Shown here: positions 1 through 9,878 of the stretch, in pieces | How the letters are laid out: each line of letters starts with the position of its first letter | How positions within the stretch are numbered: the first letter of the stretch is position 1 | NCBI GenBank assembly: GCA_965116885.1 | Contig: OZ220741.1 | Location: 918,932 to 982,931 of the forward strand | Reading direction: 5' to 3' | Length of the DNA stretch: 64,000 nucleotides | Source: Candidatus Latescibacterota bacterium | GTDB taxonomy: Bacteria; Latescibacterota; UBA2968 | The notes under the pieces: model-generated | Database searches by the model: none | Told to the model about the DNA's origin: nothing | The model's input: only the letters and a program-made list of their open reading frames with translations | Made by a program: the position numbers and the translations under genes

Positions 1-953
1 ACATCGCGAATAGTCGTTTGCTCTGCCGCTTCATCGAGCAATGTCGGTATCGATAGTTGTGCCGCATCAAACGTAAAGTGATGGCGATTGCCTTCGCTCT
101 CGACAAATTGAACGCCTGAAAGTTGTGGCGGAGATGTATCCGAAGTCTCAATAATAAGATGCCTGCGGTCGCCAAATTGACCGCGCAACGCCTGAAAATC
201 CCCATCAAACGCGATATTCCCCTTATCGATCATCACAATGCGCCCCGCGAGTTGCTCCAGCTCATCCATATCGTGGCTCGTGATCATAACCGTAACGCCC
301 TTTTCCCGATTGAGATTCTTGATAAACGCCAGCATATTGCGTTTGGCAAGCACATCAACCCCAATAGTAGGCTCGTCCAAAAAAAGAATCTCAGGCTCGT
401 GCATAAGCATAAGCGCGAGATCCGCCCGCATCTTTTGCCCCAAACTGAGTTGACGCGCGAGACTATTGAAAAACTCGTCAATCCCCAGAAGATCCTTCAC
501 AAAATCGAGCATAGCATCATACCGGTCCCGGGGAATATCCCACACCACGCGCTTCCACTCAAAACTCGCCGCCACGGGCTGATCCCACCACAACTCTGTC
601 CGCTGGCCAAAAACCACACCAATGCGCCCGACATAATGCACGCGATCCTTCAGAGGATCCATACCCAGACAGCGAACCGTTCCAGACGTCGGTGCAAGAA
701 CACTGGAAAGCAGCTTAACAGTCGTAGATTTTCCCGCACCATTGGGACCTGCATAGGCGACAATCTCGCCGCGGTGAATCTCGAGATTCACCTTCTGCAA
801 CGCCCGAATCTCCCGGACATTGGGCCGAAACAAATTCTTGAAAACATCCCGAACCTTCTCCGACCGCTGGCGCTGGTAAAAAATCTTATCGACCTCGGTC
901 AGTTCAACCGCGATGTCCGAAACCGAGGTAGCGCTGTGACCCGGTCTGTGCAT
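1..953 (-). CDS. ABC transporter ATP-binding protein (partial; C-terminal part lies beyond window start)
   Basis: The minus-strand translation gives a Walker A motif, GPNGAGKST (revcomp of ~700-741), an ABC signature LSGGQ and Walker B ILFLDEPT (revcomp ~395-450), and VMITSHDMDELEQLA (revcomp ~250-300). The start ATG is the revcomp of cat 951-953. The plus-strand track ORF 123..974 is its shadow. Confidence 0.8.
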   Translation of the reverse strand, partial: MHRPGHSATSVSDIAVELTEVDKIFYQRQRSEKVRDVFKNLFRPNVREIRALQKVNLEIHRGEIVAYAGPNGAGKSTTVKLLSSVLAPTSGTVRCLGMDPLKDRVHYVGRIGVVFGQRTELWWDQPVAASFEWKRVVWDIPRDRYDAMLDFVKDLLGIDEFFNSLARQLSLGQKMRADLALMLMHEPEILFLDEPTIGVDVLAKRNMLAFIKNLNREKGVTVMITSHDMDELEQLAGRIVMIDKGNIAFDGDFQALRGQFGDRRHLIIETSDTSPPQLSGVQFVESEGNRHHFTFDAAQLSIPTLLDEAAEQTTIRD

Positions 954-1746
954 AGTGCTGCATTCCTTTTTTAAACAAAATCCACGCAATAAGAGAGAAA
1001 ACAATAGCGACAAGCGGCGTATGCCACAGACTCGCTGGCGCAATACCGAGCAACTGGCGGCAGGGATACCACGCGACAAAACCCACGGGCAAAACAGTAA
1101 GCATACTGACAAGCACATAGCTGCTCAGCCCATCCAGTGGAAACGACTTGAGTTGGAACATAAAATTGACCGCGCGGCTGCTGATCTCCTCAGCCGCAAC
1201 CGGTGCCCAAAAAGCCAGACTCCCCCACGCAAAAGAAAAAGATAGCACAATCGCGCAGGAAGACGCGAGATTGCAAAAAAACATAAACCACCAGTACAGC
1301 GGAAACACCGCATCAATCTGAAAAATAGCCCAGGTCCAAATACCAATCCCCGTCAACAAAGACCACGACCCGGAAAAAGGCATAAAACCCTCGGTCAGCA
1401 GCCCCATCCACACCGGCTGGGGTTGCACCAGCGTGTGATCCATCTGACCGCGTCCAATGCGACGGCTGATATGCAGAACATTATAGCTAAACCCCATATC
1501 TAAAAACCCGCGAACAAGCGCGGCATAACCCAGCATAAAAACAATCTGATCCCGCGACCACAGGCCAATACCTTCAAACCGCTCAGCCAGAAGAAAAACC
1601 GCTGTAACACCCGCGAGATTGAGAATAATATCGGAAACAATATTAATGAAAAAAAACCGAAAATCCCGCGTCATCCACATAAAATCCAGATAAGCCTGCA
1701 CCCGCCAGCGGGCGAAAAGTGTTGTCAAAGTCTTCAGGATATTCAC
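904..1746 (-). CDS. ABC-2 family transporter permease
   Basis: A 280-aa strongly hydrophobic multi-TM protein directly upstream of the ABC ATPase on the same strand, which is the typical ABC-2 exporter arrangement. Confidence 0.65.
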   Translation of the reverse strand: MNILKTLTTLFARWRVQAYLDFMWMTRDFRFFFINIVSDIILNLAGVTAVFLLAERFEGIGLWSRDQIVFMLGYAALVRGFLDMGFSYNVLHISRRIGRGQMDHTLVQPQPVWMGLLTEGFMPFSGSWSLLTGIGIWTWAIFQIDAVFPLYWWFMFFCNLASSCAIVLSFSFAWGSLAFWAPVAAEEISSRAVNFMFQLKSFPLDGLSSYVLVSMLTVLPVGFVAWYPCRQLLGIAPASLWHTPLVAIVFSLIAWILFKKGMQHYAQTGSQRYLGFGHRG

Positions 1747-2543
1747 CCCCCATGCGAAACCAGACGTTCGCGATTGGCATTCCAGAGCCAGTGCGCGACG
1801 GGCCAGAGCACAACAGCCCAGACAGCTTGAAGACCGATGAGAAAAACGGGATCCCCCGTACCCGTATAAATGCGCAAAGGCGCAGAAGCCAGCGAAGCAA
1901 AAGGCAAAAAAGTCAGGACATCTCCAATACCCCAGGGCATCAGCGCAAGAGGAATAATTGCGCCCGACAACAAAACACTCACCGCATCTCGAATCTGCGT
2001 CAAAGCATAGACATGTTGCTCCAGCAAAACCATAAAACTCGCAAAAATGAAATCAAACGCCGCGCCGATGGCAATACCCAGAACCAGACTACACATAAAC
2101 AAAACACCGGCAGCCGCGCTCTCCGGCAATGGATCGACCCCCAGAAGGGGCGCCAAACAAAAAAGCGGCACAGAAAACAAAATGAGATTGGGCAAACCCG
2201 AGCCAAACATCTCCGCGATAAACTGACCGTAAATACCCACCGGGCGCAAAAAGCGATTGGCAATATCCCCGCGCCAGAGCGCCCCATCCAGACCTGTACG
2301 CACAGAAATCTGCCCGGCAAAAACCTCTGCAATCAGCGTATAGGTAAGCACCGCATTGCGCGTCATCCCGGAAACCTCCCCGGACTCTGGCAACAACATC
2401 CGCCACAGAGAAAGCAGAAACACCACGCGCAACAGACGCAAAGCAGAGCCACCCACAAGAACCCACCCCTTGTCATCCAGGGACCGGGTGGCAACCATGA
2501 TAATCGTCTTGAGATGTTTATGGGGTGTAATGAACATCATCAT
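1743..2543 (-). CDS. ABC-2 family transporter permease (second membrane subunit)
   Basis: A hydrophobic multi-TM protein. Its start is probably at MMMFITP (an ATG overlapping the hemY stop) rather than the track start at 2582. It overlaps the next permease by 4 nt. Confidence 0.6.
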   Translation of the reverse strand: MMMFITPHKHLKTIIMVATRSLDDKGWVLVGGSALRLLRVVFLLSLWRMLLPESGEVSGMTRNAVLTYTLIAEVFAGQISVRTGLDGALWRGDIANRFLRPVGIYGQFIAEMFGSGLPNLILFSVPLFCLAPLLGVDPLPESAAAGVLFMCSLVLGIAIGAAFDFIFASFMVLLEQHVYALTQIRDAVSVLLSGAIIPLALMPWGIGDVLTFLPFASLASAPLRIYTGTGDPVFLIGLQAVWAVVLWPVAHWLWNANRERLVSHGG

Positions 2544-3910
2544 AGAATCCGATCCACGGTATCCACCGCCTGCACAACACAATCGGGAATCGCCGACCCG
2601 CGATACGCACTCCCCGTCAAAAACAATCCGCCCACCTGCGTGGCGAGACGCTCCATTTCAGCCACCCGCTCCAGATGCCCCACATCGAACTGAGGGCGCC
2701 CTCTTCTCCAGCGAAAAACGCGCGCAAACAGCGGATCAGCCGTCACCCCCATCAACTCTTTCAACTCCTCGCGCGACAGTGCAATCAGCGCCTCATCATC
2801 CAGATCCACCAGATCTTCCCGCCCTGATCCCCCCACAAATGTACGCACCAGAACCCCATCGTCCGGCGCGCGAAAATCCAGCTTCGTCGAAACCCATGTA
2901 CACGCCGTAATCCGCCGCCCCTCGTGTTTCGGCGACAAAAAACCAAACCCCTCAAAATCGTGCTGCCCCTCAACATCCTCCTTCCGATACGCCAGCGAAA
3001 CCGTCGCCGTTGAAACATAGCGAATACCGCGCAACAAAAGACTCAAATCCGGCGCAAAATCCGCCACCAGATCAGCGGACACATAAGCCGGCGTCGCCAT
3101 CACCACGGCATCTGTCCCGATCACCTCCTCCCCTGCAACCACCTCAAATCCCCCACCCACCTTTCTAACAGACCCAACCGCAACCCCCCGGCGCAAATCC
3201 CCATCCAAACGCGCGACCAGAGCATCGACCATCTCCCCCATCCCCCCAACCAGCGTCTGAAACATCGCAGTCCCCGTAGATGCGCGCACCTTCCTCATCG
3301 CCCGCACCCCCTTAATCAAACTCCCATAGCGTTGCTCCATCGCCACATACATCGGAAACGCGCACAGCATACTCAAGCGCTCTGCATCTGCACTGTGGAT
3401 ACCCGCCAGCATCGCCCCGCCAATATTCACAGCCTCCCTGCCCAAACGCCGCCGAATAAAACTCGCCAGACTCTCATCGCCCTCGTCCCTCCGCCGAGGA
3501 ACAAACACCTCCAGCCCCATCCTCACCTTTCCAGAAAACGAAAACAGTGGCGACCTCACAAGAGGCCAGAACCTCGAAGGCACCAGCGAAAAATCCTCCG
3601 GAAAAGCCACCAACTTCCCATCCCGCACCAAAAACGTCCGCTGCCGATCATTATTCGTCGAAATCAACCGATCCGCCAGCCCCAGATCCACACACAACTG
3701 AATCCCCGCGGGCTTTTGCGTCAGCAGCAAATCCGGACCCCCCTCAATCAAAAAACCATCCACCGACTCCGTCGCAATCATCCCGCCCCATCGGTCACTG
3801 CGCTCCAGCAACACATACTGGATCTCCCGACCTTGTTCTCGCGCTCTTTTTTCCAAATAAAAAGCGGTCGCAAGACCCGCTATGCCACCGCCAATAATAG
3901 TTATATGCAT
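2540..3910 (-). CDS. hemY: protoporphyrinogen/coproporphyrinogen III oxidase, HemY (CgoX) family, FAD-dependent
   Basis: It is 456 aa with an N-terminal Rossmann motif, HITIIGGGIAGLATAFYLEK. It resembles B. subtilis HemY throughout (VGGKI.., ..GPDSFL.., ..LGL). Confidence 0.85.
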   Translation of the reverse strand: MHITIIGGGIAGLATAFYLEKRAREQGREIQYVLLERSDRWGGMIATESVDGFLIEGGPDLLLTQKPAGIQLCVDLGLADRLISTNNDRQRTFLVRDGKLVAFPEDFSLVPSRFWPLVRSPLFSFSGKVRMGLEVFVPRRRDEGDESLASFIRRRLGREAVNIGGAMLAGIHSADAERLSMLCAFPMYVAMEQRYGSLIKGVRAMRKVRASTGTAMFQTLVGGMGEMVDALVARLDGDLRRGVAVGSVRKVGGGFEVVAGEEVIGTDAVVMATPAYVSADLVADFAPDLSLLLRGIRYVSTATVSLAYRKEDVEGQHDFEGFGFLSPKHEGRRITACTWVSTKLDFRAPDDGVLVRTFVGGSGREDLVDLDDEALIALSREELKELMGVTADPLFARVFRWRRGRPQFDVGHLERVAEMERLATQVGGLFLTGSAYRGSAIPDCVVQAVDTVDRIL

Positions 3911-3922
3911 ATCGCTATCAAC

Positions 3923-4034
3923 GGGCGACCACAGGGGGTCGCCCCTACAAAACGGATTAAAATATCACCGTAGGGGACGGCCCCTGTGCCGTCCCGACCT
4001 CCTCCAGCGGGCAACCACAGGGGTCGCCCCTACA
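3923..4034. repeat. cluster of 3 REP-like GC-rich hairpin repeats (gggcgaccacagggggtcgcccctaca at 3923-3949; inverted copy gtaggggacggcccctgtgccgtccc 3970-3995; gggcaaccacaggggtcgcccctaca 4009-4034) between hemY and hemH
   Basis: Read directly from the sequence. Each copy has an 8-bp GC stem (GGGCGACC/GGTCGCCC) and a 6-nt loop followed by CTACA. The same family recurs more than 15 times in the window. Confidence 0.85.
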
Positions 4035-4063
4035 CATCTGCGTTCATCTGCGGATCACACTTT
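4035..4063. repeat. copy of second short-repeat family: tandem CATCTGCG units followed by GGATCACAC(T)TT; other copies at 44145-44246 and 56727-56784
   Basis: The sequence is catctgcgttcatctgcggatcacacttt; it overlaps the hemH stop codon and last codons. Confidence 0.5.
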
Positions 4064-4982
4064 CCACCGCATCTGCAACCGCCTCGATAAACACGGGATC
4101 GCTATTCATCATCTCTGTGCGTTCCAGGCGAATCCCGCATTTTTGTGCAATCTCCTGGCAACCGATATCAATATCGTAAAGCACCTCGACGTGATCGCAC
4201 ACAAAACCAATAGGCGCAACCAGAACATCGCGATAATTGCCAGAAGCCAGTGCCGGAATCACATCTTCAATCTGCGGACCCAACCAGGGCTCGCCCGTAT
4301 GTGCCGCACTCTGATATGAAAACATCCAATCCACCGGACCCAATCGATCCACAATCGCCTGTGCATTGCGCTTTAATTCATCGTCATAGGGATCGCCCAT
4401 CTTCAACAACCGCGCCGGCAAACTATGCGCCGAAAAAACCACCTTTGCCTTCCGCCTCACATCCTCCGAAAACTTCTCCAACCCCGCCCGTACCTTTGCC
4501 GCCTGCGCCTCGATCAACCGGGGCTGATCGCACCACGAATTGACATAGACAAACTCAATATCACTCCCCACCTCTTCCTGCGCATCCTCGACCTTCTGCT
4601 GATACAGCCCAATACTCATCCGCGAATAATGCGGCGCCATCACAATGCCCACAGCCTTCTCAACACCATCCGCCTGCATCTTCGCCACCGCCTCCACAAT
4701 CCGCGGCTTCCAGTGACGCATCCCCGTATAAGCCTTCACATCCCGCCCGCGCTTCTTCAACACCGCCTCGACATGCCCTGCCTGCTCAAACGTGCGGTCA
4801 TTCAGCGGCGACTTGCCACCAATCTGCGCGTAGCGACTGCGAAACTCCGCCACAAATTTTGGCGACATCGGCCTCCCACCCCGAATATCGCTCAAATAAG
4901 CCGCCATATCATCCAGCGAATCGGGACTGCCATAAGCCATTAAAAGCACGCCAATTATTTTCTCATCGCGCCGTATATTCAT
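4044..4982 (-). CDS. hemH: ferrochelatase (HemH/CpfC)
   Basis: Ferrochelatase-like throughout (GVLLMAYGSP.., ..SAHSLP.., ..FSYQS..). The start is probably MNIRRDEK, internal to the track ORF 4044..5039. Confidence 0.85.
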   Translation of the reverse strand: MNIRRDEKIIGVLLMAYGSPDSLDDMAAYLSDIRGGRPMSPKFVAEFRSRYAQIGGKSPLNDRTFEQAGHVEAVLKKRGRDVKAYTGMRHWKPRIVEAVAKMQADGVEKAVGIVMAPHYSRMSIGLYQQKVEDAQEEVGSDIEFVYVNSWCDQPRLIEAQAAKVRAGLEKFSEDVRRKAKVVFSAHSLPARLLKMGDPYDDELKRNAQAIVDRLGPVDWMFSYQSAAHTGEPWLGPQIEDVIPALASGNYRDVLVAPIGFVCDHVEVLYDIDIGCQEIAQKCGIRLERTEMMNSDPVFIEAVADAVESVIRR

Positions 4983-6006
4983 GCACAAAATCAACCAATC
5001 TCCGCACATTCTCCACAGGTGTGCGCTGTAAAATCCCATGCCCCAAATTAAAAATATGCCCCGACTTACCCTTCACCGAATCCAATATCCGCCCCGTCTG
5101 CCGCTCTATCTCCTCAAAAGGCGCGAACAACACAACGGGATCCAGATTGCCCTGCACACCCACATCATCGCCCAAACGGCGCCACGCCACATCTATATCA
5201 ATGCGCCAATCAACGCCAATAACATCGCCCCCCGCCTCTTTCAACAACTCGAGAATACCCGACGTACCCGTACCAAAATGAATAAGCGGCACATCCACCT
5301 CTTCTTTTGCAATCGCAATCGCCTTCTGCGAATGCGGCAACACGTACTCGCGATAATCTGCCGGACTCAACGCCCCGACCCAGCTATCAAACACCTGCAA
5401 CGCCCCGGCCCCCGCCCGGACCTGCGCGATGAGATAATCGCCAATCGCCGTCGCCATCATATCCATCAAACGATGCCATTGCGCCGGCTCGCCGTACATC
5501 AACCCCTTGGCAATCTCGTAATTGCGCGACGAACCGCCCTCCACCGCATAACAAACCAGCGTAAAAGGCGCACCCGCAAAACCAATCAACGGAACGCGAC
5601 CATTGAGTTCTGAGACAGCCATCTGAATGGCATCACTCGCATAAGGCATCGCCTCCTCGGCGGGTCTCACGGTCAACGCATCGATATCCGCCACCGTGCG
5701 AATCGGATTGTGAATAACCGGACCCTCGCCCTTTACATAATCCAGATCCAAACCCATCGACTCGAGAATCGGCAACAAATCCTGAAAAATAATCGCAGCA
5801 TCCACATCATAAGCATTCACAGGCTGCATCGTAATCGCCGTAGAGATCTCGGGCGTCTTCACCATATCGAGAAAACTGTAGCGATCGCGATACGTCCAGT
5901 AAGCCTTCATATACCGCCCGGCCTGACGCATAAACCAAACAGGCGTCGCATCCACACATTCGCGACGACACGCCTTTAAAAAACGATCTGAACCATCACG
6001 CATCAT
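4963..6006 (-). CDS. hemE: uroporphyrinogen decarboxylase
   Basis: 347 aa with the N-terminal HemE signature PVWFMRQAGRYM and the C-terminal motif NLGHGI. It overlaps the hemH start by ~20 nt. Confidence 0.9.
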   Translation of the reverse strand: MMRDGSDRFLKACRRECVDATPVWFMRQAGRYMKAYWTYRDRYSFLDMVKTPEISTAITMQPVNAYDVDAAIIFQDLLPILESMGLDLDYVKGEGPVIHNPIRTVADIDALTVRPAEEAMPYASDAIQMAVSELNGRVPLIGFAGAPFTLVCYAVEGGSSRNYEIAKGLMYGEPAQWHRLMDMMATAIGDYLIAQVRAGAGALQVFDSWVGALSPADYREYVLPHSQKAIAIAKEEVDVPLIHFGTGTSGILELLKEAGGDVIGVDWRIDIDVAWRRLGDDVGVQGNLDPVVLFAPFEEIERQTGRILDSVKGKSGHIFNLGHGILQRTPVENVRRLVDFVHEYTAR

Positions 6007-6241
6007 CCATTTCCTCCAGCACCCGCATCAAATCCTCCAGCGACACAATTTCTTCTCCCGTTCTGAGAGCCTCTGGCGCGGCATCTTCTCCAGAAGTCCC
6101 AAACACAAACCACTCAAACTCGCGCAAAAACTTCAAACAATGCCACTGACCTGTACGCGCGTAATCTTCGCTACACAACTCCCGCGGAATCGGGCACCCG
6201 TCGTACAGCCCGCGGGGACATGGTCGGCGTTTTTTCCCCAT
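5996..6241 (-). CDS. small hypothetical protein (81 aa) with 4 Cys (C8, C16, C23, C35)
   Basis: An ORF that overlaps the hemE start by 11 nt. No family was recognised, and the spacing is C-x7-C-x6-C-x11-C. The coding status is uncertain. Confidence 0.3.
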   Translation of the reverse strand: MGKKRRPCPRGLYDGCPIPRELCSEDYARTGQWHCLKFLREFEWFVFGTSGEDAAPEALRTGEEIVSLEDLMRVLEEMDDA

Positions 6242-6250
6242 CCCTGTACC

Positions 6251-7585
6251 TCATAAAATTTTAAGATGTTGATCCAATTCGTAACCCGTCACCTGCGATC
6301 TGTAATTGGCCCATTCGATCTTCTTATTCGCAATAAACTTCTCAAAAATGTGATCGCCCAGGGCATTGCGAAGCAAATCGCTACCCTCAGCCAGATCAAT
6401 AGCCTGTGACAGATCCAGAGGCAGGGTTTTAATCCCCGCACTTTCCCGCTCAGCACTGGACATCTCAGCCACATTTTTTTCCATAGGCGGCGGCACTTCA
6501 TAGCGTTTTTCAACGCCCTCCAACCCCGCAGCCAACATAATTGCAAATGCCAGATAGGGATTGCAGGCCGGATCGGGCGACCGGTATTCGATACGCGTAG
6601 TACTCTCCTTATCCAGAGAATAGGCCGGCACGCGCACCAGATCCGAACGATTGACCACCGACCACGTCGTGTACAAAGGCGCTTCATAACCCGGCACCAA
6701 CCGCTTATACGAATTCACCCACTGATTGGTCACCAGCGTTATCTCACACGCATGCTCGAGCAAGCCCGCAATAAAATACCGCGCCGTATCCGACAGATGG
6801 TACTCATCTTCAGCATCGTAAAACGCGTTAGCCTCTCCCTTAAACAGCGACATATTCGTATGCATACCATTGCCATTGACACCAAAAAGAGGCTTGGGCA
6901 TAAACGTCGCCCAAACGCCGTGCTTCACGGCAATCTCCTTCACCACCAAACGATAAGTCATCGCATTGTCCGCCATCGTCAGCGCATCGGTATAAAGCAA
7001 ATCGATCTCGTGCTGGCTGGGCGCATCTTCGTGATGGCTGGACGCCACCTCAATCCCCATCTTCTCCAGCGTCAACACCGTATCCCGGCGCAAATCACTC
7101 GCCACATCCAGAGACGTCTGGTCAAAATACCCACCCTCATCCAGACCCACGAGAGGAACCTCGGGTTTCTCAAAATAGAAAAACTCCATCTCTGGACTCA
7201 CGTAAAACGCAAAGCCCATATCGCCTGCGCGTCTCAAATTCTTTTTCAGCACCCAGCGCGGGTCTCCCTGATATGGATTTCCCCCCGGCTGGAGAATATC
7301 GCAAAACATACGCGCAACCGTACCGCCTTCTTGCGGGCGAAAAGGCAGCACCTGAAAAGTATTGGGATCGGGCATGGCGATCATATCGCTCTCGTCAATG
7401 CGCGCAAAGCCCTCTACGGACGACCCATCAAAACCGATCCCCTCGATCAGAGCACCATCGAGTTGCTCAACGGGAATGGCGACACTCTTTAGAAAACCCA
7501 AAATATCCGTAAACCAGAGCCTGACAAATTTGACCCCGTGTTCTGACGCGGCATTCAGCACGTATTCGCGGCTTCCTTCGTTCAT
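6251..7585 (-). CDS. glnA: glutamine synthetase type I
   Basis: A GS-I hallmark protein (VKFVRLWFTDILG, ..EVASSHHE.., NPY.A). The start is taken as MNEGSREY, 14 codons inside the track ORF. Confidence 0.9.
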   Translation of the reverse strand: MNEGSREYVLNAASEHGVKFVRLWFTDILGFLKSVAIPVEQLDGALIEGIGFDGSSVEGFARIDESDMIAMPDPNTFQVLPFRPQEGGTVARMFCDILQPGGNPYQGDPRWVLKKNLRRAGDMGFAFYVSPEMEFFYFEKPEVPLVGLDEGGYFDQTSLDVASDLRRDTVLTLEKMGIEVASSHHEDAPSQHEIDLLYTDALTMADNAMTYRLVVKEIAVKHGVWATFMPKPLFGVNGNGMHTNMSLFKGEANAFYDAEDEYHLSDTARYFIAGLLEHACEITLVTNQWVNSYKRLVPGYEAPLYTTWSVVNRSDLVRVPAYSLDKESTTRIEYRSPDPACNPYLAFAIMLAAGLEGVEKRYEVPPPMEKNVAEMSSAERESAGIKTLPLDLSQAIDLAEGSDLLRNALGDHIFEKFIANKKIEWANYRSQVTGYELDQHLKIL

Positions 7586-7617
7586 AGTTATGACCTGTAT
7601 TTTGTGCGACAAGAGCC

Positions 7618-7708
7618 GGGACGGCACAGGGGCCGTCCCCTACGGTGATATTGTGCTTTGTTGTAGGGACAACCCCCTGTGGTTGTCCTGCGACCCCCTG
7701 TGGTCGCC
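7618..7708. repeat. REP-like hairpin repeat cluster (gggacggcacaggggccgtcccctacg 7618-7644; inverted tgtagggacaaccccctgtggttgtcc 7661-7687; partial inverted gcgaccccctgtggtcgccc 7688-7708)
   Basis: Read directly from the sequence; same family as at 3923. Confidence 0.85.
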
Positions 7709-7972
7709 CGCTATCCCATATTTTAATTGTGAAACAACGCAAAAATGATGGTCAAACGTACGCTGATTATGTTTCCAACAGGTTTCATAAGTGTTTCGCC
7801 AATATTAAAAGCAATGGGATTTATGCATAGAAAATTTATTTGCTTATCAGGTTATTCTTTATTATTCTTCCGCTGCGATTACAAACGTTTCTCATTGCTC
7901 CATAGTTGTAAAACAGCTTCCCAGAAAGAGGACACAGCTATAGGGGCTTATTTTTCAAAAGGGAGGACCACC

Positions 7973-9763
7973 GTGAAGAAAACTCGAACATCACCCACAT
8001 ACATGATTCCCATTGTCGGACTGCTCGTGCTGGCCGGCGTCTTTTCCAATGCGCCTCCCGCCATAGCAGATTGTCCACTTCCTCCCGGCGTGACACCTCC
8101 TGCGGAACCGGCTGTAACGGCGCAGCAGGTGGAAGATGGTAGCGCTACCCTGCAGGACTTCGCGCTGGCCCTGAAAAATCATCCGGAGTTTAGCCAGGTA
8201 TCGGCGAGTTTGCATAGGCTGTTGCACCTTGGATGTCTCTTCAGGCAGGAGGGGGGGCCGTACCGTTCCGGTTCCACCTACATCGTACAACTGACGCCCG
8301 ACAGCAGGCTATCCGCTCACGCAAAGGACATGGCATTATCGGGCAGGCTGCTCAATCCCATAATTTATGGCGCGATCCTTCAAGCATTGGGAATCAACCC
8401 AGCCGACCTCACCGACCGTGCTGCGGCCCTGGCCGCTTTCGCTGCCGCGGTAGCCGGGGATGGCGGCCCGTTCAATGTGCCCGATATCCCAGGGGCTTCC
8501 GGCTATGCCGCCGCAGTTATATCGCCCAGTTTCCAGACCCCGATCGTGCTGCTCGTGGGATTCGATCTCAACGAATCTCACGTAGTTGAAGAAGTCATCG
8601 ATTACGGCGACCCGACCATTACCGCCAGTGACGTAGTAGATCGAGAAACCCTGAAGGCATTCGTCACGCAAGCGGGGGAGCGGTTTCTCGAAATCCAGAA
8701 GACCGGCGATCCAGCCGCTTTCTATAAAGCCAGGAACGCCATGCGGGATCCGAACGGACCCTGGAGACACGGTTCCGTGTACCTCTACATCCTGGATCTT
8801 ACCAGCAACATCATCACGTTTCACGGCGCGTTTCCGGACAGATTCGAACTTCAGCCTCTGATAGCCACTGTCCGAGACGTCGTTACTGGAGAGCTTATAC
8901 TACCGCAGGTCATCGAAGCGGCAAAAAATAACCCGGAAGGCGGCTTCGTGGAGTATTACTTCGACGATCCCACGGACGACACAGACAGTGCCGACATTCC
9001 CAAGGTGGGATACGCACGCGAGTTCAAAGGTGAACTCAGTTTAGGCGGACGCGTAGTCCCACTCCACTACATCGTCGGGTCGGGTTTTTACGGGCGCGCA
9101 CCCGAGGTCGTCCCAACTGATCCCTATACGAAAGTGGAAGCCACGGTCCTGGGCGACGCTGTCGAGGGATTGACCGTCGAGTTTGCGCGATCCATCGCTG
9201 GCCAGCCGGCCGACTACGCCTATAACGCCGTCACAGATGTTAATGGCTCTTTGTCCCTCACCATCTCCAACCCAGATGGGGTCACTGGTTACTATACAGC
9301 CCGCGCCAGCAACGCCGATGGCGAAACCGTCGGTCAGTGGCACAGCATTCCCCTCAACCAGAACCAACGCCAGGTCCTAAAACTGACCCTGAGTGGCGAT
9401 ATGAGAGTCGTACGCGTCGAACCACTGGCAGCATCCAAGCCAGTATTAGTAGCCGAGACAGTGGCAGTATCCGAGACAGTGCCAGAAGTTAGTGGTCTGG
9501 CACCCAACTTTCCCAACCCATTCAACAGCGCCACCCTGATCACCTACCACCTGTCCAGCCCTGGACCGGTGCAACTGGTAATCTACAATGTGCTGGGACA
9601 ACCCGTACGCACGCTGGTGAATCAGTCCCAGGCCGCAGGCTCCTACCAGATACGGTGGGATGTCCTCGATCATCGGGGCGTCTCGCTATCGACGGGGGTC
9701 TATATCGCACGCCTGAGCTATCCCGGCGGGGTGCAGACCCAACGGCTGCTCTACCTCAAGTAG
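7973..9763 (+). CDS. secreted Cache-like domain protein with T9SS C-terminal sorting domain (paralog 1 of 3)
   Basis: A GTG start preceded by aaaagggagga. The signal peptide is MIPIVGLLVLAGVFSNAPPAIA. The central region matches the sCache_2-like pattern (GSVYLYILD..HGAFPD..GGFVEYYFDDP..PKVGYAREF..GSGFY). The C-terminal ~90 aa (LAPNFPNPFNSATLITYHLS..VIYNVLGQPVRTL..YQIRWD..GVYIARL..QTQRLLYLK) is a canonical T9SS CTD. The track ORF start at 7745 is an upstream in-frame extension. Confidence 0.75.
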   Translation: MKKTRTSPTYMIPIVGLLVLAGVFSNAPPAIADCPLPPGVTPPAEPAVTAQQVEDGSATLQDFALALKNHPEFSQVSASLHRLLHLGCLFRQEGGPYRSGSTYIVQLTPDSRLSAHAKDMALSGRLLNPIIYGAILQALGINPADLTDRAAALAAFAAAVAGDGGPFNVPDIPGASGYAAAVISPSFQTPIVLLVGFDLNESHVVEEVIDYGDPTITASDVVDRETLKAFVTQAGERFLEIQKTGDPAAFYKARNAMRDPNGPWRHGSVYLYILDLTSNIITFHGAFPDRFELQPLIATVRDVVTGELILPQVIEAAKNNPEGGFVEYYFDDPTDDTDSADIPKVGYAREFKGELSLGGRVVPLHYIVGSGFYGRAPEVVPTDPYTKVEATVLGDAVEGLTVEFARSIAGQPADYAYNAVTDVNGSLSLTISNPDGVTGYYTARASNADGETVGQWHSIPLNQNQRQVLKLTLSGDMRVVRVEPLAASKPVLVAETVAVSETVPEVSGLAPNFPNPFNSATLITYHLSSPGPVQLVIYNVLGQPVRTLVNQSQAAGSYQIRWDVLDHRGVSLSTGVYIARLSYPGGVQTQRLLYLK

Positions 9764-9784
9764 TGCCGAACGCACAAAGCAAAA

Positions 9785-9818
9785 GCCCGCTGATCATATA
9801 GATCAACGGGCTTTTTTT
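9785..9818 (+). terminator. rho-independent terminator (gcccgctgatcatatagatcaacgggc + T7)
   Basis: An 11-bp stem with one mismatch, followed by TTTTTTT, directly after the paralog-1 stop. An identical element follows paralog 2. Confidence 0.7.
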
Positions 9819-9878
9819 CAGATCATCAGGAAACCGGAGCGTTAACCCACTCTACTGAACCCGCATCCCTGCTTATCC

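Noticed and set aside
123-974. 283-aa plus-strand ORF at the window start
   Set aside because: It is the shadow of the minus-strand ABC ATPase, whose Walker A, LSGGQ and Walker B motifs read cleanly on the opposite strand; the plus frame is R/K/H-rich low-complexity.
1719-2693. 324-aa plus-strand ORF rich in Q/R/K/H
   Set aside because: It is antisense to the ABC-2 permease and the hemY 3' end, has a composition typical of GC-rich shadow frames, and has no motifs.
7745-7972. Track ORF start at 7745 for the first Cache-T9SS gene
   Set aside because: The paralogs start at a GTG/ATG placed 8-9 nt after the RBS aaaagggagga with an immediate signal peptide. The upstream 76 codons contain the conserved non-coding block shared with paralog 2.
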